NCBI GenBank assembly: GCA_963764715.1
Contig: CAVXTP010000011.1
Location: 1 to 64,000 of the forward strand
Source of the DNA: an uncultured Acidobacteriota bacterium
GTDB taxonomy: Bacteria; Acidobacteriota; Thermoanaerobaculia; UBA5066; Gp7-AA6
Direction of reading: 5' to 3'
Length of the DNA: 64,000 bases
In this document: one piece after another, positions 58,689 through 64,000 of the stretch
Numbering within the stretch: position 1 is the first letter of the stretch
Layout: every line of letters starts with the position of its first letter
The notes under the pieces: generated by a model
What the model was told of the DNA's origin: nothing
Seen by the model: only the letters and a program-made list of their open reading frames with translations
Database searches by the model: none
Position numbers and translations under genes: made by a program

Positions 58689-59192
58689 ATGACCCAGGAT
58701 CTCTCGACCCTCCGCAACTTCTTCGCCTTTGGCCGATGGGCGAACCGGAAGACCCTCGAATCGGCCGCCGTCCTGACGCCCGACGAGTACGCGCGTCCGG
58801 TCGGCGGCAGCTTCGGCTCGGTCCGGGGAACGCTCGTGCACATCTATGGCGCCGACTGGGTCTGGCTCGAGCGATTTCACGGACGCTCGCCGCGAGGCAT
58901 GCCCGCGGGCGACGAGGCCCTCCCGCTCGAGGACCTCGCGCGCAAGTGGAGCGAGGTCGAGGCGGAACAGGACGCGTACGTCGCGACGCTCACGCAGGAG
59001 CGTCTGGCGGAGCCTCTGTCCTACGTCGCGTTTTCGGGAGACGCCTTCACGCGCCGGCTCGGCGACGCGCTGCTGCATCTGGCGAACCACGGCACGTACC
59101 ATCGCGGCCAGGTGGCGACGCTCCTGCGCCAGCTCGGCCACAAGCCGATCTCGACGGACTTCCTCCGCTACGTCGACGCGCTCGAGGCCTGA
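58689..59192 (+). CDS. DinB family protein
   Basis: WAN, GSVRGTLVH, WLER, HLANHGTYHRGQ. Confidence 0.92.
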   Translation: MTQDLSTLRNFFAFGRWANRKTLESAAVLTPDEYARPVGGSFGSVRGTLVHIYGADWVWLERFHGRSPRGMPAGDEALPLEDLARKWSEVEAEQDAYVATLTQERLAEPLSYVAFSGDAFTRRLGDALLHLANHGTYHRGQVATLLRQLGHKPISTDFLRYVDALEA

Positions 59193-59204
59193 GCCGCTCG
59201 GGGG

Positions 59205-60290
59205 CTAGGACGCCGGGACGCGGGGCCTGGCCGCCTCGAGCACCGTGATCGTGTCGGATTCGCGCTGGAGGACGTTGGCGCCGTAGCCCTGCTTCGTCAG
59301 GAACTTGAAGTCGACCTCCTGGTACGGAACGTTCGTCGGCAGCCGTTCCTTGCGGTAGACCCAGGTCTCGACGGTGTTGTTGGACGAGTCGAGCGCGGTC
59401 TTGCCGGGGCCGGAGAACCCGGCGGCCGTCGTGGCCTGCTTCCCCGAGGTCGAGCTCCCGGAGGCGCTGCCCCGGCGCTGGGCGTTCTTCGCGTCCTGCG
59501 AGCCGACGGTCGAGAGGCCGTCCGAAATGCTCGCGTCCTCTCCGGTTCGCAGGGGCTTGCGCGCCGCGTACGTCGGCGGGCCGAGGAGGACGAAGACCAT
59601 GCCCCGGTCGGTCAGGCTGCCTTTCTGCTCCGCGTCGAGCGCGAGGTTGGCGTCGGCGAAGGCCGCGCGCCTCTCGAACTCGGCGTGGTAGGTCCGGCCG
59701 TCGATCTCGGGCAGCGTCTTGCGGGCTTCCCAGAATTTCTCGACGAAGTCGGCGCGGGAGTTGCCGTCCTTCAGGCTCGCCCAGGTCTTCTTCTCGTCGT
59801 TCGTCATGATCCATTTCACGGGGCCGTCTCCCCAGAACTGGTCGACGACTTCGCCTGCGCCGGGCGGCGGCTGAAACGCCTTGTAGGCGTTGGCGAAGGA
59901 GGGGGCCCGGTCGGGATCGCCCGCGGCCGCCTTCTGGGCCTTCTCGAAGGCCGACACCGCCTTCTTCGAGTACACGGCCGAGTCGATCGAGGCCGCGGGC
60001 TGCAGCTTCAGGAAGGCGCCGAACTGCTCGACGGCCTTGTCCGACTGGCCGATGTTCGCGTCGCAGACCCCGCGATAGAAGGCGAGCGGGGCCTCGAGCT
60101 GTTTCTTCACCGCCTCCTGGCCGGGCTTGTTCGCCTCGGCCTCGAGGGCGTCGAGCGTCCTCAAGGCGTCCGCCCAGGAGCCGGCCTTGACCTCCTCCTT
60201 GGCCTTGCCGAAGAGCTCGGGAATCGACTGGGCAGCGAGTCCGGACGCGGCGGCGGCGAGGCCGGCCGCGAGAAGCAGGCTTTTGAGCAT
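59205..60290 (-). CDS. GWxTD domain protein (TPR-like N-terminus)
   Basis: Signal peptide; GPVKWIMT.DE, FVEKFW, EFERR, GSLTDRGMVFVLLGPP, ETWVY. Confidence 0.85.
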   Translation of the reverse strand: MLKSLLLAAGLAAAASGLAAQSIPELFGKAKEEVKAGSWADALRTLDALEAEANKPGQEAVKKQLEAPLAFYRGVCDANIGQSDKAVEQFGAFLKLQPAASIDSAVYSKKAVSAFEKAQKAAAGDPDRAPSFANAYKAFQPPPGAGEVVDQFWGDGPVKWIMTNDEKKTWASLKDGNSRADFVEKFWEARKTLPEIDGRTYHAEFERRAAFADANLALDAEQKGSLTDRGMVFVLLGPPTYAARKPLRTGEDASISDGLSTVGSQDAKNAQRRGSASGSSTSGKQATTAAGFSGPGKTALDSSNNTVETWVYRKERLPTNVPYQEVDFKFLTKQGYGANVLQRESDTITVLEAARPRVPAS

Positions 60291-60312
60291 CGGATCCCCC
60301 GGAGAAGGGATT

Positions 60313-60655
60313 CTATGCCGGCGGCCGAACGATCCCCTTCGCCGCTTCGAGCGTGTGGACGGTGTCGGATTCCCGCTGCAGGACGTTCGAGCCGTAGCCA
60401 TTTTTCGTGACGAACTGGAAGTCGACCTGCTGGGAGGGGGCGCCCTTCGGGAGGGGGCGCTTAGAGCTGCTTCCCGACCGCCTCCTGGCCGGGCTTGTTC
60501 GCCTCGGCCTCCAGCGCGTCGAGGGTCTTTGACGCGTCCGCCCACGCGGCCGACTTGATCTCCTGCTTGGCCCGGGCGAAGAGCTCGGGAATTGTCTGGG
60601 CGTGGCCGACCGACGCGAAGAGAAGAACGGCGGCCGCGAACGCTGTTCGGTTCAT
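60313..60655 (-). pseudogene. Internally deleted GWxTD paralog
   Basis: N-terminal 64 aa match both neighbours, TAA at 60461-60463, then directly the C-terminal QQVDFQFVTKNGYGSNVLQRESDT...TAG. Confidence 0.85.
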
Positions 60656-60674
60656 GTCGGTCGACGTCCTCTCC

Positions 60675-61784
60675 TCAGGAGCTCCCGGTCTTCGCCTTCG
60701 CGGCGTCGAGAGTGTTGATGGTGTCGGACTCCCGCTGCAGAACGTTGGCGCCGTAGCCCTTCTTCGTCAGGAACTGGAAGTCGACCTGCTGGTAGGGGAC
60801 CTTCTTCGGAAGCTGCTCGCGGCGGTAGTGCCAGACCTCCATCTTGTCGTCGCCGGACGCGGCGGCCTTCTTCGTCGGGGCGCTGTGCTGGGCGTTGGCG
60901 CGCGCGAGCTGGGAGGAGGTCGCGGCGCGGCCGCCGCGCGCCTGGGCCGCGGCGTGCGTCTGCCGCTCGGTGGTCTCGACGTCGTGGCTGGTGACGGTGG
61001 ACAGGCCGCCGTCGTCGGAGGCGTCGTCGCCGACGCGGAGCGGCTTGCGCCCGGCGTAGGTCGGCGGGCCGAGCAGGATGAAGACCATGCCGCGATCGGT
61101 CAGGCTGCCGCGCTGCTCGTCCTCCTCGCCGAGGTTCACGTCGGCGAACGCGACGCGGCGCTCGAACTCCTGGCGGTACGTGCGGCCGTCGGAGCCCGGC
61201 AGGGACTGTCGGGCGGCCCAGAACTGCACGACGAAGTCGGTGCGCGCGTTCGCGTCTCCCATCGACGGCCAGGCCTCGCGCTCCTCTTCCGTCATGATCC
61301 ACTTGACCGGGCCCTCGCCCCAGTACTGATCGGCGGGGTCGCGGTCCTTTGCGTCGGCCGGCGGCTGGAACTCCTTGTAGGCCTCGGCGAGGGAGGGCGC
61401 GCGGGCGGCGGCGGCCTTCTGCGCCTTCTCGAAGGCGGCGACGGCCTTCTTCGAGTAGGTGGCCTTGTCGATCTCGGCGCCCGGCTGAAGCTTCAGGAAC
61501 GCGCCGAACTGCGCGATCGCCTCGTCGGACCGGCCGAGATTGGCGTCGCAGACGCCCCGGTAGAAGGCGAGCGGCCCCTCGAGCTGCTTCCGGACCGCCT
61601 CGTTGCCCGGTTTCCCGGACTCGGCGTCCAGGGCGTCGAGCGTCTTCGTCGCGTCGGCCCAGGCGCCCGCCTTGACCTGCTCCTTCAATTTTCCGAACAG
61701 CTCCGGAATGGTCTGCGCCGATACCGATGCCGACGACGCCGCCGCGAAAAGCAGAACGGCGAGGCTCCGAACGATCTTCTTCAT
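60675..61784 (-). CDS. GWxTD domain protein (paralog of 59205..60290)
   Basis: ATG 61784; QTIPELF, GPVKWIMTEEE, GSLTDRGMVFILLGPP, QQVDFQF. Confidence 0.85.
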   Translation of the reverse strand: MKKIVRSLAVLLFAAASSASVSAQTIPELFGKLKEQVKAGAWADATKTLDALDAESGKPGNEAVRKQLEGPLAFYRGVCDANLGRSDEAIAQFGAFLKLQPGAEIDKATYSKKAVAAFEKAQKAAAARAPSLAEAYKEFQPPADAKDRDPADQYWGEGPVKWIMTEEEREAWPSMGDANARTDFVVQFWAARQSLPGSDGRTYRQEFERRVAFADVNLGEEDEQRGSLTDRGMVFILLGPPTYAGRKPLRVGDDASDDGGLSTVTSHDVETTERQTHAAAQARGGRAATSSQLARANAQHSAPTKKAAASGDDKMEVWHYRREQLPKKVPYQQVDFQFLTKKGYGANVLQRESDTINTLDAAKAKTGSS

Positions 61785-61846
61785 GACGGCTCCCGCGGGG
61801 CGATTTCTCCCCGGCACGAGAGCAAGTTCCCGCGTGCGAAAGATCG

Positions 61847-62791
61847 TTACGGGGACTTGCGGTTCTGGACGAACTGCCAGCCGAAACGGCCTTTGATGCA
61901 GAGGTGCCCGTGAGTGACGTCGTTGTCCAGCGGAGAGGTCACCCGGACGATCGCGTTGTCCTGGACGCGCAGCTCGAGCGTGCATCCCACGCCGCAGTAG
62001 GGGCAGATGGTGTCCGTCACGGTCTGCTTCGATTCGTCCCATCGCCCGGCCTGCCGCAGGTCGTGCTCGCTCTTGAACATCAGGGCGCCGGTCGGGCAGA
62101 CGCCGATGCAGTTGCCGCAGTAGACGCAGGCGGATCCGGGCAGCGGGGTCGCGAGCTCGGTCGAGATGCGGGCGTCGAAGCCGCGGCCCGCGACGGCGAT
62201 CGCGAAGGTGTTCTGCGCCTCGACGCCGCAGGCCTGGACGCACTTGTAGCAGAGGATGCATCGGGCGTAATCGCGCACGTAGAGGTCGTTGTCGATCTTG
62301 ACCGGCTGGGCGACGGTGGCTGCGGAGCCGGGCGGCGCGGCATGGTGGTGCCCCGGCAGGGCGGCGTCGCGCTCTCCCGCCTTCGCCGGCGCCGAGGGGG
62401 GACCGTAGCGCTCGGGCACGCAGCCGTAGCGCTCCATCCAGCGGCGCACGTCGTCGGAGGCATACGCGAGGTCGACCGAGGAGGCGAGGAACTCCAGGAC
62501 GACGCGCCGAGAGAGGCGCACGCGCTCGCTGTCGGTCTTGACGGCCATCTTCGGCTCGACCGGGCGCGAGCACGCCGGAACGAGGACGCGCGAGCCTTCG
62601 ACCTCGACGACGCAAACGCGGCAGACGTTGACCGGCGTCAGGTTCTCGAGATAGCAGAGCGTCGGCGTGTCGATGCCCCGGGAGCGGCAGGCCTCGAGGA
62701 TCGTCGTCCCCCGCGGGACCGTGACGGGCGCGCCGTCGATCGTCAGCTCGACCGGGTGCGTCGGGTCGAGGCGCCGGTCCGCCGGGATCAT
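61847..62791 (-). CDS. Fe-S subunit resembling the FdhA/NuoG N-terminus (2Fe-2S, 2x4Fe-4S, MoCo-type Fe4S4 domain)
   Basis: TPTLC..VCRVC..PAC, CILCYKCVQAC, CVYCGNCIGVCP, CPYCGVGC...HLCIKGRFG then stop. Confidence 0.88.
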   Translation of the reverse strand: MIPADRRLDPTHPVELTIDGAPVTVPRGTTILEACRSRGIDTPTLCYLENLTPVNVCRVCVVEVEGSRVLVPACSRPVEPKMAVKTDSERVRLSRRVVLEFLASSVDLAYASDDVRRWMERYGCVPERYGPPSAPAKAGERDAALPGHHHAAPPGSAATVAQPVKIDNDLYVRDYARCILCYKCVQACGVEAQNTFAIAVAGRGFDARISTELATPLPGSACVYCGNCIGVCPTGALMFKSEHDLRQAGRWDESKQTVTDTICPYCGVGCTLELRVQDNAIVRVTSPLDNDVTHGHLCIKGRFGWQFVQNRKSP

Positions 62792-64000
62792 GGCTTCGCG
62801 CTCCCGAAGAGGCCGAGCCTGGCGATCGCCGACTGGATGGCGCCGGAGGCCGTCTGCCCGAGGCCGCAGATCGAGGCGTCCTTCATGGCGCGGGCCATGT
62901 CCTCGAGAAGCGCGACTTCCGTCGCGATCGAGCCGAGCGGGCGGCCGGAGGCGATCCGCGTGACGAGCTCCTCCTGGCGTTCCGTGCCGACCCGGCAGGG
63001 GACGCACTGGCCGCACGATTCGTCGCGGAAGAACGCGGCGATGCGCCGGACGGCGTCGGCGAGGTCCGCGCGCTCGTCGAAGACCATGACGACGCCCGAG
63101 CCGAGGGAGGCACCGATCGCCCGCGTGCCTTCGAAGGTCAGGGGCGTGTCGAGCGCCTCGGGCCCGACGAAGGACCCGGCCGCTCCGCCCAGGAGCACGG
63201 CGCGAAGGGCCCGGCCGCCGGGGACGCCGCCCGCCTCGTCGAGGAGCTGCCGGAGCGTTGCGCCGAACTCGACCTCGTAGACGCCGGGCCGCGCGAGATG
63301 GCCCGACAGGCAGAAGAGCTTCGGCCCGGTGGACTGGCCCGAGCCGATCGCCGCGAACGCCGCGCCGCCCTCGAGAACGATCGGCAGAACGCACGCCAGG
63401 GTCTCGACGTTGTTGATCACCGTCGGCTTTCCGAAGAGGCCCTTCTCGACCGGAAAGGGCGGCTTGTTCCTCGGCTCGCCGCGGAAGCCCTCGATCGAGT
63501 TGAAGAGGGCGGTCTCCTCGCCGCAGATGTAGGCCCCGGCGCCGCGGCGGACCTCGAGGTCGAAGCGAAACGGGCGGCCGGCGACGGAATCTCCGAGAAG
63601 CCTTGCGCGGCGGGCCGCCGCGATCGCCGCCTCGACGACGCTCGATCGCCAGCGGGTACTCGCCGCGGACGTAGACGTAGCCGTGCTCGCAGCCCGTCGC
63701 AAAGGCGACGATCGTCATCGCCTCGACGACGGCGAACGGGTCCTCCTCCATGAGGACGCGGTCCTTGAAGGTGCCGGGCTCCGACTCGTCGGCGTTGCAG
63801 ACGAGGAAGTGGGGCCTCGCCGGCTGCTTCGCCACGGCGTCCCACTTGCGGCCCGCGGGAAAGGCCGCGCCGCCGCGGCCGACGAGCTTCGACTCGAGCG
63901 CTTCGCGGATGACGCCCTCGGGGCCGAGCGCGAATGCCCGCTCGAGCGCCGCGTACCCGCCCTGCGCGCGATACTCCTCGAGGCTTCCCGGGTCGATGCG
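62788..64000 (-). CDS. NuoF/FdsB-like NADH-binding FMN subunit (5' end outside window; frameshift near 63640)
   Basis: GRGGAAFPAGRKW, CNADESEPGTFKDR, GAGAYICGEETAL, NNVET, ESCGQCVPCRVG, SICGLG. Confidence 0.9.

Overview
High-GC bacterial chromosomal segment. The SLH-like 'GCGGGNYCP' surface proteins, 'GTKLGPYEILAPIGAGGMGEVY' kinase and GWxTD-type proteins point to Acidobacteriota, probably Thermoanaerobaculia (inference). From left to right: a hyf-like operon whose large subunit lacks both Ni-binding cysteine motifs (Ehr type, not a true hydrogenase); an isolated glgC; and a ~5 kb integrase-less island (FG-GAP/IPT/SLH protein plus LuxR-type regulator) bounded by tRNA-Pro(TGG) and a 44-bp copy of its 3' half. 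Each tRNA end is followed by a homologous trailer containing a perfect antisense copy of the tRNA T-arm region and a second CCA end. Next come a translationally coupled operon (cysteine-synthase-like enzyme, PP-loop protein, PLP decarboxylase), a collagen-like protein, and an amidoligase/peptidase cluster (ATP-grasp, GCS2 ligase, M29 peptidase, circularly permuted ATP-grasp, esterase). Housekeeping genes follow (corA, lon, rph, trxC, nei-like, two M13 peptidases), then a GWxTD tandem array with a deleted middle copy and a NuoF-like/Fe-S pair at the right edge. REP-like palindromes and apparently leaderless promoters recur. Five frameshifts in four otherwise intact genes probably reflect assembly errors. 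No CRISPR array, integrase or transposase was found.
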